DNA of 63,983 bases, filler included, from Limisphaerales bacterium (GTDB lineage: Bacteria; Verrucomicrobiota; Verrucomicrobiia; Limisphaerales; SIBE01), in the NCBI GenBank assembly GCA_044225505.1. It is 4 parts of 4 records of this genome, joined end to end, with 100 filler letters (N's around TTAATTAATTAA, not from the genome) between each part and the next. Parts side by side here need not be neighbours in the genome. Positions count along the whole stretch, not along the records: positions 34,464 to 52,151 come from JBGAIN010000004.1; 3 more parts are not named here. One strand, written 5' to 3'. The position numbers were made by a program, and so were the translations under genes. The notes under the pieces are model-generated. The model saw only the letters and a program-made list of their open reading frames with translations, was not told where the DNA came from and made no database searches. Position 1 is the stretch's first letter, and each line of letters starts with the position of its first letter. Below are positions 38,497 through 47,781 of this stretch, one piece after another.

Positions 38497-41400
38497 GTGT
38501 CAAGGTTCTGCCGAAACAACGGAATTGTGTTGCTCGATAGAGTCGACCCGGGTTTCCTGACCAGGGACCAAAAAAAGCGCGGTTTGACCAACTTGAATCA
38601 GCAACAGCAGGCAATTAGGCCGGGCGCTTGGCGGCGCCAAGGCTGGCTTTCTATCGTCGTCTTTCTATGGGCAGCTTGGTCAGCGGCGTTGGGCCAGGCC
38701 CCCGCATGGTCCGAGGGTCCGGGTTTTCGCAGCAAGCCGGTCGAGCCAGGACCGTCTGGTCAGGCTGGCTTCACGCGGATGGATCCCAGTCGCGTTGGAC
38801 TAGTTTTTACGAATACCCTCCGAGGGGATGCCTACCTCACGAATATGGTCGCGCATAATGGAGCAGGCCTTGCCATAGGCGACGTGGACGGAGATGGTTG
38901 GCAAGATATCTACCTTTGCAACCTGGAAGGTCCCAATCGCCTCTATCGAAACCTGGGTGACTGGCATTTTACCGAAATGGAGATCGGCACTGCCGCTTGT
39001 CCCGAACAATTCTCCACCGGAGTTGCGTTCGCAGACGTGGATGGCGATGGCGACCTGGATTTGCTCGTCAATGGAATTGCCGTCGGCACACGGTTGTTTC
39101 TGAACGATGGTAAAGGTCATTGGACCGAGTCGCTCGATTCCGGGTTGTCCAAGACGAATTCAGCCACTTCCCTCGCTTTGGCTGATATCGATGGTGATGG
39201 CGACCTGGATCTTTACTGTGCCCATTATACCGACGTGACATACCTGGCCGATCCAACTCTCCGCTTCGCCATGGCCAAGCGCGGAGACCAATGGGAGATC
39301 TCCAAGGTCAATGGAGAGTCCGCACGTTCTCCGCGATGGCAAGGACGCTTCGAAGCGCTCCCAGACGGAAAGGTCCGCGAATTGCCCGAAGTGCATGGTT
39401 TATACCGCAACGACGGCAAGGGCCACTTCACCGCCATTCAATTCGAGCCCGGGATATACTCCGACCAGCGCGGCCAACCCATTCCGCCCTTTCGAGACTG
39501 GGGTCTGTCCGCGATGTTCCGAGACTTGAACGGGGATGGCATTCCCGATTTGTACGTCTGCAATGACAACGCGTCCCCAGATCGGATCTGGATTAACTCG
39601 GGCAAAGGGACGTTTCGAGCGATCGACCCGTTGCTCATCCGCCATACCAGCCGATCCTCAATGAACATGGATTTCGCTGATCTCAACCGCGATGGCTACG
39701 ACGATTTCATGGTGGTCGACATGATCGCGCGCGACCACGCCAAGCGAGTGACGCAACTCGTGCGCGATCGCCCTAACCCGCTCGATATGGAACGGATCGA
39801 AGAACGTCCTCAGTTCAATCGCAACACCCTTTTCTATGGGCGCCCCGATGGGTCGTTCGTAGAAGCAGCTCTCATGGCTGGTGTGGCGGCTACAGATTGG
39901 ACCTGGTCAGTCATCTTCCTGGATGTAGACCTGGACGGCTACGAAGACGTGCTCGTGACCAATGGCTTTGATTTTGACGTCATGGACCAGGACAGTTCGA
40001 ACGAAATCAAGAATGGACGCCGCCGATTTACTGAAAGTCAGTTGAAGCGGTCCATGCAGATGCACCCCAAGTGGCGCACTCCCAATGCCGCCTTCCGCAA
40101 CCGTGGCGACGGCACGTTCGACAACGCGAGCCAATCATGGGGCTTCGACCACACGGGCGTCTCGTTTAGCATGGCCGAGGGAGACCTGGACAATGACGGC
40201 GACCTGGACGTCGTCGTCAATAATCTTAACGAATCCGCCAGCATCTATCGAAACAACGCTGCCGCACCGCGCATTGCTGTCCGGCTCCAAGGCTCTCCGC
40301 CAAACACCCAAGGCATCGGAGCGCATATCCGACTTGTGGGTGGAAGACTCCAGCAATCGCAGGACATCATTGCTGGAGGTCGCTACCTCGCTGGCGCCCA
40401 GGCGATGCGCGTTTTTGCCGCTGATCCGGACCCGCAGAAACCGATGCGCCTCGAAGTGCGGTGGCCAAACGGACTGCAGACTACGCTGTCGGGCGTCCTC
40501 TCGAATCGCATCTACGAGGTCGTCCAAGGCACCGGAACCTCCTCACCAGTCCATCCACTGCCGCCGAAACCATCACCTCTCCTCGCCGACGCAAGCTCGT
40601 GGATCGGGCACACCCACGTGGAAGCCGCTTTCGAAGATGCCGCTCGCGAACCGTTACTGCCGCGCCGGTTGAGCCGACTCGGGCCTGGGGTCGCTTGGTT
40701 CGATGTCGACGGCGACGGCTGGGAGGACTTGATCATTGGTGGAAGCCGCGGAAGCCGTTTAGCCATCTATCGCAATGAGCAAGGCCAACGATTCCAACGG
40801 TTGGAAGGCACACCCGCATCTCCCGATGATCAGGGAGCTATCCTTGGATGGGCCGATGGCCAAGGGCATCGCCGAATCTTGGTGGCAACATCGAACTATA
40901 AAAGCGCACCAGGGACACCCTCGTTGATCGCTTCCTATACGATAACCAACTTGGCAATGCCAGAGATGCTGAATTTTGGACCGGTCGCGCCAGGCCCATT
41001 AGCGACTGCCGATCTCGACGGCGACGGGGACTTGGACGTTTTCGTCGGTGGGCACTTTCGCCCCGGTCGATTCCCGGAGTCCGGCCCGTCGAAGATTTGG
41101 CTCAATGACAACGGCCAGCTAAGGGAAAGTGAGGAACTGAGTCGTCCCTTGACGGCCTTGGGAGCGGTCTCCGGCGCCACTTTCGCGGATTTAGATGGCG
41201 ATGGCGTGCCCGATCTGGCGGTCGCAACGGAATGGGGGCCGGTCCGCGTCTTTCGCAATCACGGAGGGAAACTCGAAGAGCAAACGGCCAACTGGGGATT
41301 CGCTCGCCTGACTGGCTGGTGGACCAGTGTCACCGCGGGTGATTTCGACGGGGACGGCCGAACCGACCTTGTTTGCGGGAACTGGGGGCGCAACAGTATC

Positions 41401-42288
41401 TATGAACTGTTTCAGCCGACCTCCTTTCGATGTTATTACGGCGACTGGAACGGGAATGGCCTCCTGCAAATGATCGAAGCTTGGCAATCGGGCACGAATT
41501 GGTATCCGGTCCACGACCGGACTTGGCTCGCACGCGGGTTACCCGAACTAGAAATACAAATTCCCGCTCACGACAGCTTTGGTCGTGCGACGGTGCATGA
41601 CATCCTGGGCGGCGCCTTTAGTAAATCCGCTTTCAGCGAAGCAACGGAACTATCCTCAATGGTGTTTCTCAACCGGGGTGGAAGGTTCGAGGCACACCCG
41701 CTACCTAAAGAAGCGCAGTTGGCTCCGGCCTTTTCTGTTAATGTCGGAGACGTCAACGGGGACGGGATGGAAGACCTCTTCCTCAGCCAAAATTTCTTCG
41801 GGACATTTACCGATCTCTCTCGGGACGATGGCGGCCAAGGACTCTGGCTGCAAGGCTTGGGGAATGGCACGTTTAAAGCCCTGGACTCCACGGTGACGGG
41901 CGTGCGAGTGATGGGCGAACAACGCGGAGCCGCCTTGGGTGATTGCAATCACGATGGTCGCGTCGACTTGGCAGTTTCGCAAAACAATGCGCCGTCGAAG
42001 CTCTACCTTAATCAAGGAGCGAAGCGCGGCTTGCGCGTAGTTCTAAGAGGCCCGCCCGGGAACCCAGAGGCTGTGGGGGCGCAAATACGGGTGCTGTATG
42101 CAGCAGACCGCCGAGGCCCATGTCGAACGGTGCAAGCCGGCTCTGGATATTGGTCTCACGACGCCTCCGCGCAAGTGTTGGGTTTGCTGGAGCCCGCTGT
42201 TGGCCTTTGGATCCGATGGCCCAACAGGCCGGAGCAAACTGTCGCCTTGAAACCGGAAGATTGGACCGTGCAAGTTGGACCTCCATGA
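38497..42288 (+). CDS. FG-GAP/VCBS-repeat protein with two ASPIC/UnbV domains (CRTAC1-like), secreted
   Basis: More than 12 DxDGDGDLD-type repeats; two ASPIC/UnbV segments (NTQGIGAHI...GGRYLA...EVRWPNG and NPEAVGAQI...GSGYWS...IRWPN). True start probably ~90-130 nt downstream, before the signal peptide ending WSAALG. Confidence 0.9.
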   Translation: MSRFCRNNGIVLLDRVDPGFLTRDQKKRGLTNLNQQQQAIRPGAWRRQGWLSIVVFLWAAWSAALGQAPAWSEGPGFRSKPVEPGPSGQAGFTRMDPSRVGLVFTNTLRGDAYLTNMVAHNGAGLAIGDVDGDGWQDIYLCNLEGPNRLYRNLGDWHFTEMEIGTAACPEQFSTGVAFADVDGDGDLDLLVNGIAVGTRLFLNDGKGHWTESLDSGLSKTNSATSLALADIDGDGDLDLYCAHYTDVTYLADPTLRFAMAKRGDQWEISKVNGESARSPRWQGRFEALPDGKVRELPEVHGLYRNDGKGHFTAIQFEPGIYSDQRGQPIPPFRDWGLSAMFRDLNGDGIPDLYVCNDNASPDRIWINSGKGTFRAIDPLLIRHTSRSSMNMDFADLNRDGYDDFMVVDMIARDHAKRVTQLVRDRPNPLDMERIEERPQFNRNTLFYGRPDGSFVEAALMAGVAATDWTWSVIFLDVDLDGYEDVLVTNGFDFDVMDQDSSNEIKNGRRRFTESQLKRSMQMHPKWRTPNAAFRNRGDGTFDNASQSWGFDHTGVSFSMAEGDLDNDGDLDVVVNNLNESASIYRNNAAAPRIAVRLQGSPPNTQGIGAHIRLVGGRLQQSQDIIAGGRYLAGAQAMRVFAADPDPQKPMRLEVRWPNGLQTTLSGVLSNRIYEVVQGTGTSSPVHPLPPKPSPLLADASSWIGHTHVEAAFEDAAREPLLPRRLSRLGPGVAWFDVDGDGWEDLIIGGSRGSRLAIYRNEQGQRFQRLEGTPASPDDQGAILGWADGQGHRRILVATSNYKSAPGTPSLIASYTITNLAMPEMLNFGPVAPGPLATADLDGDGDLDVFVGGHFRPGRFPESGPSKIWLNDNGQLRESEELSRPLTALGAVSGATFADLDGDGVPDLAVATEWGPVRVFRNHGGKLEEQTANWGFARLTGWWTSVTAGDFDGDGRTDLVCGNWGRNSIYELFQPTSFRCYYGDWNGNGLLQMIEAWQSGTNWYPVHDRTWLARGLPELEIQIPAHDSFGRATVHDILGGAFSKSAFSEATELSSMVFLNRGGRFEAHPLPKEAQLAPAFSVNVGDVNGDGMEDLFLSQNFFGTFTDLSRDDGGQGLWLQGLGNGTFKALDSTVTGVRVMGEQRGAALGDCNHDGRVDLAVSQNNAPSKLYLNQGAKRGLRVVLRGPPGNPEAVGAQIRVLYAADRRGPCRTVQAGSGYWSHDASAQVLGLLEPAVGLWIRWPNRPEQTVALKPEDWTVQVGPP

Positions 42289-43112
42289 AGACGAATCATT
42301 GGTGCTGGATGCAGTTCCTGACGGGCTTGAGTTTGCTGCCATTTCTTGGGAGCGCCAGCTGTGATCGTTCGACTGGCGCCGGCGACGCATCGAACTCGGC
42401 GCCGCAGTCCAACCCACCAGCGGTGACCCTGACACCGTTGACGAACATGGTGCGAATCCCCGCGGGAAGCTTCCAGCGCATCAAGTTTCCGGTGACCATC
42501 ACGCGCGACTTCTGGATCGGGAAATACGAAGTAACCCAAGCCGAGTATAGCTCCGTCATTGGTCGAAATCCGAGCCACTTCACCAACGAGAACAATCTCC
42601 CAGTGGAGAAAGTCACGTTTTTCGACGCCAGCAATTACTGCGCGATCGTCACTCAGCGTGAACGCGGCGCCGCGCGTCTTCCCGACAATTACGAATATCG
42701 CCTACCGACAGAAGCGGAGTGGGAATATGCTTGCCGAGCAGGCTCAACGAATTTGTTCAGCTTTGGTGACGACAAAAAAGCGGCCGACACTTTCGCCTGG
42801 ACGGGAGAAAACAGCGAAGCCAGGACCCATCCTGTTGGAGTGAAGAAGCCCAACGCCTGGGGGCTGTACGACATGCATGGCAATGTCTGGGAATGGTGTC
42901 TTGACTGGTTCGCGCCTTATCCACCTGGGCCAGTCACCGATCCGACAGGGCCGAGTGCGAGCAAGTTCAAGGTGTTCAAAGGCGGGGGCTGGAATCAAGA
43001 TGCCGAATACGGCCGGTCGGCCAACCGGTTTATGATGTCCCCTTCAAACGGCATTCACTTCGTCGGATTTCGCATGGCGCTTGGACAAACTCCACGGTCG
43101 ACATCCCCGTGA
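42285..43112 (+). CDS. Formylglycine-generating-enzyme-like (SUMF1 fold) probable lipoprotein
   Basis: ATGA overlap with the upstream gene; KYEVTQAEY, RLPTEAEWEYACRAG, GLYDMHGNVWEW, VGFRM; lipobox-like LGSASC; no catalytic Cys pair. Confidence 0.88.
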   Translation: MKTNHWCWMQFLTGLSLLPFLGSASCDRSTGAGDASNSAPQSNPPAVTLTPLTNMVRIPAGSFQRIKFPVTITRDFWIGKYEVTQAEYSSVIGRNPSHFTNENNLPVEKVTFFDASNYCAIVTQRERGAARLPDNYEYRLPTEAEWEYACRAGSTNLFSFGDDKKAADTFAWTGENSEARTHPVGVKKPNAWGLYDMHGNVWEWCLDWFAPYPPGPVTDPTGPSASKFKVFKGGGWNQDAEYGRSANRFMMSPSNGIHFVGFRMALGQTPRSTSP

Positions 43113-43249
43113 TCTCTGCGGAATTCTGCGCAGCACCGCCGCACCCTAGTTCTCCCTCATCCACTCCACAATGTTCATCTAAGTCTGGCTCGCGGTCGTT
43201 CCGGTCGTGGAATTGACTTATCCCCATCCTGGAAGGCAGGGTCTCCTTC

Positions 43250-43622
43250 GTAACGTAACGCCACGGCGGTACTGTCATCGGTTGCGAGTACGAACAGCAC
43301 TTTCCCGTCTTGGGGGGTAGAAACACCCCTTGAGAACAGCGTTGTAGTTGTTTCGGACATCCCCGGCCGGTGTGGTGTCGTCATCTCCCGGATCGGGGCC
43401 GGGGTAGCCATTATACGGCCCTTCCGTCCGTTTCGGATGGTAGGAACCGGCTGGTACCGCGGGGCCCGCTTAAATGGCGGCCCGCTGGTCGCCTGCATAA
43501 GTGTAGAAATTAATCGTGCCGTGTGGGGTCGGAGGTGCGGCCGCCTCCATCCTTAAACTCCCGATGCCAGGAGCGCAGGTCGCGATAAGATAAGCTGCGA
43601 CGGATGGAAACTTACGTAGCAT
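43250..43622 (-). pseudogene. Decayed 5' fragment of a secreted PA14-domain protein
   Basis: Hand translation from ATG 43622: MLRKFPSVAAYLIATCAPGIGSLRMEAAAPPTPHGTINFYTYAGDQRAAI* (TAA 43472-43470) AGPAVPAGSYHPKRTEGPYNGYPGPDPGDDDTTPAGDVRNNYNAVLKGCFYPP, then a frameshift at the G6 run (43312-43317) to GKVLFVLATDDST. This parallels DNYGGRLSGLLVPKDTGNYEFFLRSDDAS in the contig-4 proteins. Confidence 0.7.
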
Positions 43623-44023
43623 AGGTTTAGGTAAGTTGGGTGGTTGAGTTTCCTCCCGTCGACAAGACGAGGAAACGACTTTGAGCCTTGGACAATCAAC
43701 CCGAGGACAGCCGCCCAGGTCACCAAAGGCGCAGGCCGCGGCCTCAAAAGGAATCAGGGAACGGGATTGCGGACGGGCTAGCGCGCTGTCCCAGCGATTG
43801 CAACCGAAACCTGCTCCCTTACAGCGGCAGCGTCAGTGCGTTCAGAGTCACTGCCACTTCGAGCGAGCGTCGTGAGTTGTTCCGGAGTTCCAGCCCCCGG
43901 TCGCTTTCGCCCCGGATTCTCACCGCCTTGCCCTGTTTTGTTACAAAAACGCAACTTTTGTCTTGAAAAAATCCAAGTGGCCGCTCAAATGTTTTTCGGG
44001 TCCGAACCAGCCGTAACTTCACG

Positions 44024-46630
44024 ATGAAAATTAAACCAACCAAACTACTACCGGCGCTGCTTTTATGCCTCATTGGGCTCAGAGCGGCGGCTAACGATAT
44101 TGAACCTGGCAAAGAGTTCTACTCCGTCATCTTCGCACCAAAACCCGTTGTGCTCGATGGCAGCCTCTCGGAATGGTCAGGAGTCCCTGTCCTGGCCGAT
44201 CCCAAGTTCGCTGTTCCCAAGTACTCCGGCACGAATGCCTCCCCAAATTACGTGCTCTTCGAAGAGTATGCAGGTGGCACTTGGACCGGGCCGGATGACC
44301 AAACATCCGCCGTCCAGGTCGTCTACGATGCCGACAATGTTTACTTCGGATTCGTCGTCACGGACGACTACCACGAAAACGCCGCGAACAGTGCTTGGAA
44401 CGGAGACTCGATCCAGCTCATGATTGCTAGTGCTGATCGCACAACGCAAGTTGCCCTTTACAACTACGCCTTGGGCGGAATCGAAGGGGCAACGGGTGAC
44501 GTCATTGTCAATCACGAGGCTGGCCCAGCTGGCGATGAGGCCTGCAACTGCGCGACAGAGGCTGTGATCAAGCGCGACGCCGCCACTCACAAGACGACTT
44601 ACGAAATCAAGCTTCCCAAAGCCGCTTTGGGTCTTACCTCACTCAAAGGAGGCCCTCAGTTCGGCTTGGGTATGGCCATCAATGACGGTGACGAAGCCAC
44701 TCCCGGACAAAAAGGCTGGGGCGGTCTCGGCGCACACTCCATTGTCTTCGGCAAGACGCCTGCAGAAACCGCCCTCATCACCCTGACCAAAGGGAACGAT
44801 ATCGAGCCGGGCAAAGAGTATTACACAGCGCTTCGCGCCACGAACAGCATCACCATCGATGGTTCGCTCGCGGAGTGGACCGGCGCGCCTGTGTTGGCCG
44901 ATCCGAAGTTCGCCGTACCCAAGTATTCGGGAACCAACGCTTCGCCAAACTATGTTCTGTTTGAAGAATATGCGGGGGGCACCTGGACCGGTCCAGATGA
45001 CCAAACTTCCGCAGTCCAAGTCATTTATGATGCCGACAACGTTTATTTCGGATTCGTCGTCACGGACGACTACCACGAGAACGCGGCCAACAGCGCCTGG
45101 AACGGGGACTCCGTCCAGCTGATGATCGCCAGCGCCGACCGCACCACGCAGGTTGCCCTCTACAACTACGCCTTGGGCGGGATTGAAGGCGCGACGGGTG
45201 ACGTCATTGTCAATCACGAGGCCGGGCCAGGCGGGGACGAGGCCTGCAATTGTGCTACAGAAGCTGTGATCAAGCGCGATGCGGCTGCCAAAAAGACCTA
45301 TTACGAGATCAAGCTGCCCGCCGGAGCTTTGGGTCTGACCGCTCCGTTAACGGTCGGAACGAAGTTCGGTCTGGGTATGGCGATTAACGACGGCGACGAA
45401 GCCACTCCAGGACAAAAAGGCTGGGGCGGTTTGGGCGCCCACTCCATCGTCTTCGGTAAAACTCCCTCCGAAACGGCCGAAGTGACGTTGGGGACCTCAG
45501 TCTCCGGCACGGACCGCCTGTTCCTGTCTGCCGTTAACCCGAACATCACCTCGTTCACGTTCCGGGCAACCGACAAAGGAGCATCTGTGGTCAATGCGTC
45601 CAGCGCCAAGTTGACCATTGATGGTCAAGTGGTTACCCTCACTTCGAAGAAGACGGGCGATGCCACGGACTTCACCTATACAGCATCGTCTGCTTACGCT
45701 CCGGGATCAACCCATACCTACACTATTGAAGTCAAAGATGGACTCGGAAACACGGTTACCGACTCCGGAACCTTCAAGATCGCGGCGTTGAAGTTCGGCC
45801 TGAACTTCGGGGCCGAGCAACCTGAGTCTGCCGATCCGGCTGGGTCCGCTCTGATTCCTGCAGATACCGCTGGCGTGCCAGCAGTTGCGCAGGCCAACTG
45901 GAATAACCTCACGACAGCCACCGGCACGGCTACCCCTGTGCTATCGGACACCGGCGCGGGTTCCTCCGTAACGGTTTCCTGGGAAACAGGCAACACCTGG
46001 GCTTCCACCGGTCTGGGCGAAGAGAACAATGCCTTCACCGGCGCTGACAAGACCCTGATGACAGGTTACTTGGACACATCGGACGCCTCAACAACCAAAG
46101 TCACGATCAACGGCATTCCAGCGACCTTGACTGCTGGCAGCGGCTACGATGTGTATCTCTACACCTTGGGCGGCGTGGTTGGCCGAGGCGGTGGTTATCG
46201 CATCGTTAGCACCAACGGCACCGTCATCAAGGATTATGTCCTGGCGACATCGGATGCCAATCCGTCTACCTACAAGGAAGTTCCACAAAACCTCGCCGCC
46301 GGCGTTCACGGCCAGGGGAGCTACATTGTATTCAAGGGCCTCAGTGCCACGGATATCGTGATCGAAGCGACGACGGAAGGCGGCAAAGGCAGCGGCACCA
46401 ACCCGCGCGCGCCGCTGAACGCCGTGCAATTGGTCCCAGGCGCTCCGGCGACCGGTGGCGACTTAACGGTCGCGGCCAAGAAATCAGCCGCTGGCATTGT
46501 GATCACCTACCAAGGCGTTCTCCAATCCGCGGCCACCGTCAACGGTGCGTTCACCGACGTGACTGGGGCGACGAGCCCGTATACGACGCAGACGAGCGGC
46601 ACGGCGAAGTATTTCCGCGTGCGCAAGTAA
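44024..46630 (+). CDS. Secreted protein with two tandem CBM9/DOMON-like domains, further beta domains and a C-terminal FYR-type tail
   Basis: Signal peptide ending LRAAA; duplicated LDGSLSEW...YDADNVYFGFVVTDD...WNGDSIQL...YEIKLP...GLGMAINDGD; tail GVLQSAATVNGAFTDVTGATSPY...KYFRVRK. Confidence 0.85.
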   Translation: MKIKPTKLLPALLLCLIGLRAAANDIEPGKEFYSVIFAPKPVVLDGSLSEWSGVPVLADPKFAVPKYSGTNASPNYVLFEEYAGGTWTGPDDQTSAVQVVYDADNVYFGFVVTDDYHENAANSAWNGDSIQLMIASADRTTQVALYNYALGGIEGATGDVIVNHEAGPAGDEACNCATEAVIKRDAATHKTTYEIKLPKAALGLTSLKGGPQFGLGMAINDGDEATPGQKGWGGLGAHSIVFGKTPAETALITLTKGNDIEPGKEYYTALRATNSITIDGSLAEWTGAPVLADPKFAVPKYSGTNASPNYVLFEEYAGGTWTGPDDQTSAVQVIYDADNVYFGFVVTDDYHENAANSAWNGDSVQLMIASADRTTQVALYNYALGGIEGATGDVIVNHEAGPGGDEACNCATEAVIKRDAAAKKTYYEIKLPAGALGLTAPLTVGTKFGLGMAINDGDEATPGQKGWGGLGAHSIVFGKTPSETAEVTLGTSVSGTDRLFLSAVNPNITSFTFRATDKGASVVNASSAKLTIDGQVVTLTSKKTGDATDFTYTASSAYAPGSTHTYTIEVKDGLGNTVTDSGTFKIAALKFGLNFGAEQPESADPAGSALIPADTAGVPAVAQANWNNLTTATGTATPVLSDTGAGSSVTVSWETGNTWASTGLGEENNAFTGADKTLMTGYLDTSDASTTKVTINGIPATLTAGSGYDVYLYTLGGVVGRGGGYRIVSTNGTVIKDYVLATSDANPSTYKEVPQNLAAGVHGQGSYIVFKGLSATDIVIEATTEGGKGSGTNPRAPLNAVQLVPGAPATGGDLTVAAKKSAAGIVITYQGVLQSAATVNGAFTDVTGATSPYTTQTSGTAKYFRVRK
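44093..45490 (+). repeat. Intragenic tandem duplication, period 702 nt (234 aa)
   Basis: NDIEPGKE starts at 44093 and again at 44795; long identical amino-acid runs with many synonymous differences. Confidence 0.92.
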
Positions 46631-46660
46631 GTCGTTGACTTAGTTCACTGTAAGTTTCAG

Positions 46661-46692
46661 AGAGACCGGAGTTCGCTCCGGTCTCTTTTTTT
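46661..46692 (+). terminator. Rho-independent terminator
   Basis: AGAGACCGGAG-ttcg-CTCCGGTCTCT followed by a T run. Confidence 0.92.
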
Positions 46693-46723
46693 ATGCGCAG
46701 TTTGACGAGTATGCGTCCGCTTA

Positions 46724-46777
46724 TAACAGGGAAATAACACGGAATTAACAGGGAGATAACACGGATCTAATCCGTGT
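46724..46777. repeat. Four 11-bp direct repeats ending in a hairpin
   Basis: TAACAGGGAAA TAACACGGAAT TAACAGGGAGA TAACACGGATC, then ACACGGAT-cta-ATCCGTGT (46759-46777). Confidence 0.8.
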
Positions 46778-46864
46778 CATATCCCTTTGAAGTCCGGGTA
46801 GATTCCCTGTCCTTAGCGAACAATCTGCGACTAGTCTTCGCTAAAAATCTGTCGCATGAGGGCT

Positions 46865-46893
46865 TGTTCTCTTCCACTTCGTTAAGGCATATT
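46865..46893 (+). promoter_or_regulatory. Candidate ECF promoter TGTTCTC-N16-CATATT
   Basis: Same TGTYC-N18-CATnT geometry as 6283-6249 and 26888-26922; followed by a GGAG RBS and ATG 46908. Confidence 0.45.
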
Positions 46894-46907
46894 GCGACAG
46901 GAGACCT

Positions 46908-47636
46908 ATGTCCAAAGCGAACCTTAGCATCTTCGCGGCTCTGGTCGGCACCGGACTCTGTTTGGTAGTCCTCTTCCAAACCCGTTCTCAAACCGCTCTC
47001 CGCCGTGAGAACTCCGCTCTTCGCGCGCAATCCCAGCAGTTCGTCCGCGTTGCCGCCGAAAATGAACGCCTTTCCAATGCGCTGGCGCACGTCCGCGTCG
47101 CGCAATCCGGTGAAAACAATCAACTGCAAGAGCTGATACGCCTCCGCGCGGAACTGAATCGCTTGCGCCCCAACGGCAAAAGCGATAAAGCCGGAAGCGC
47201 ATCCAGTGCCGCGGAGGGTCCGACGTTGGAACTGACTCAACTTCGAGCGGAAGTCAAACGACTGACGGAAGAGAACCTGGAACTCGAGAAACTCCGAGAT
47301 GAACTCCAGGAACTCCGAACGGCCACAGCAAACACCGCGACCGAGGAGGCGGCCAAGGCGGAGGCCACGGAGGAAGAGTCAGGCCCGGTGACGTTGCGTA
47401 TTTTGAGGACTCAAGGTGCAGGTTTTGCCGAGAAGCTCAAGCAATCGGTCGGAGCAAGAGATGACGAAAGCTTCATGGAAGTCTTCGGACGCTTTCTGCA
47501 GTCGAACGGCATTCAGACAAACGCGGTCGCTGGAGCCGTCTATGACGAACGGACCGGGCGGGTCATTGTCCGCGGCTCCGAATCTGTCCTCGACCAAATC
47601 GAGCGGCTGACCAGGTCGTTGGACAGCTCTCCGTAA
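46908..47636 (+). CDS. Membrane-anchored coiled-coil protein with Secretin_N-like C-terminus
   Basis: N-terminal TM; LRRENSALRAQ...ELIRLRAELNRLR coiled coil; VYDERTGRVIVRGSESVLDQIERL. Confidence 0.7.
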   Translation: MSKANLSIFAALVGTGLCLVVLFQTRSQTALRRENSALRAQSQQFVRVAAENERLSNALAHVRVAQSGENNQLQELIRLRAELNRLRPNGKSDKAGSASSAAEGPTLELTQLRAEVKRLTEENLELEKLRDELQELRTATANTATEEAAKAEATEEESGPVTLRILRTQGAGFAEKLKQSVGARDDESFMEVFGRFLQSNGIQTNAVAGAVYDERTGRVIVRGSESVLDQIERLTRSLDSSP

Positions 47637-47781
47637 ACTAGCAGCGTGCGCCAAACGCCATGGCCTGGCGATGGCCTACCCGCCGCGCACGCCCCGCCGC
47701 GCCTTTCGCGGATTGCCTCGAGGAGGCGCTCCCGGTGCGAGACATTCGAACGGGTCCCCTGCCTGGTCCAGAGTTGCATCC

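Noticed and set aside
42285..43112. FGE as the activator of the sulfatase at 6464
   Set aside because: It lacks the catalytic Cys pair of true FGEs, looks like a lipoprotein and is on a different contig.
43175..43498. 107-aa ORF as an independent gene
   Set aside because: Only its GKVLFVLATDD part is meaningful, as the shifted frame of the PA14 pseudogene.
42285..43700. Diversity-generating retroelement target (the FGE/C-lectin fold is a common DGR target)
   Set aside because: No reverse transcriptase and no adenine-variant template repeat of the 3' end were seen in the window.
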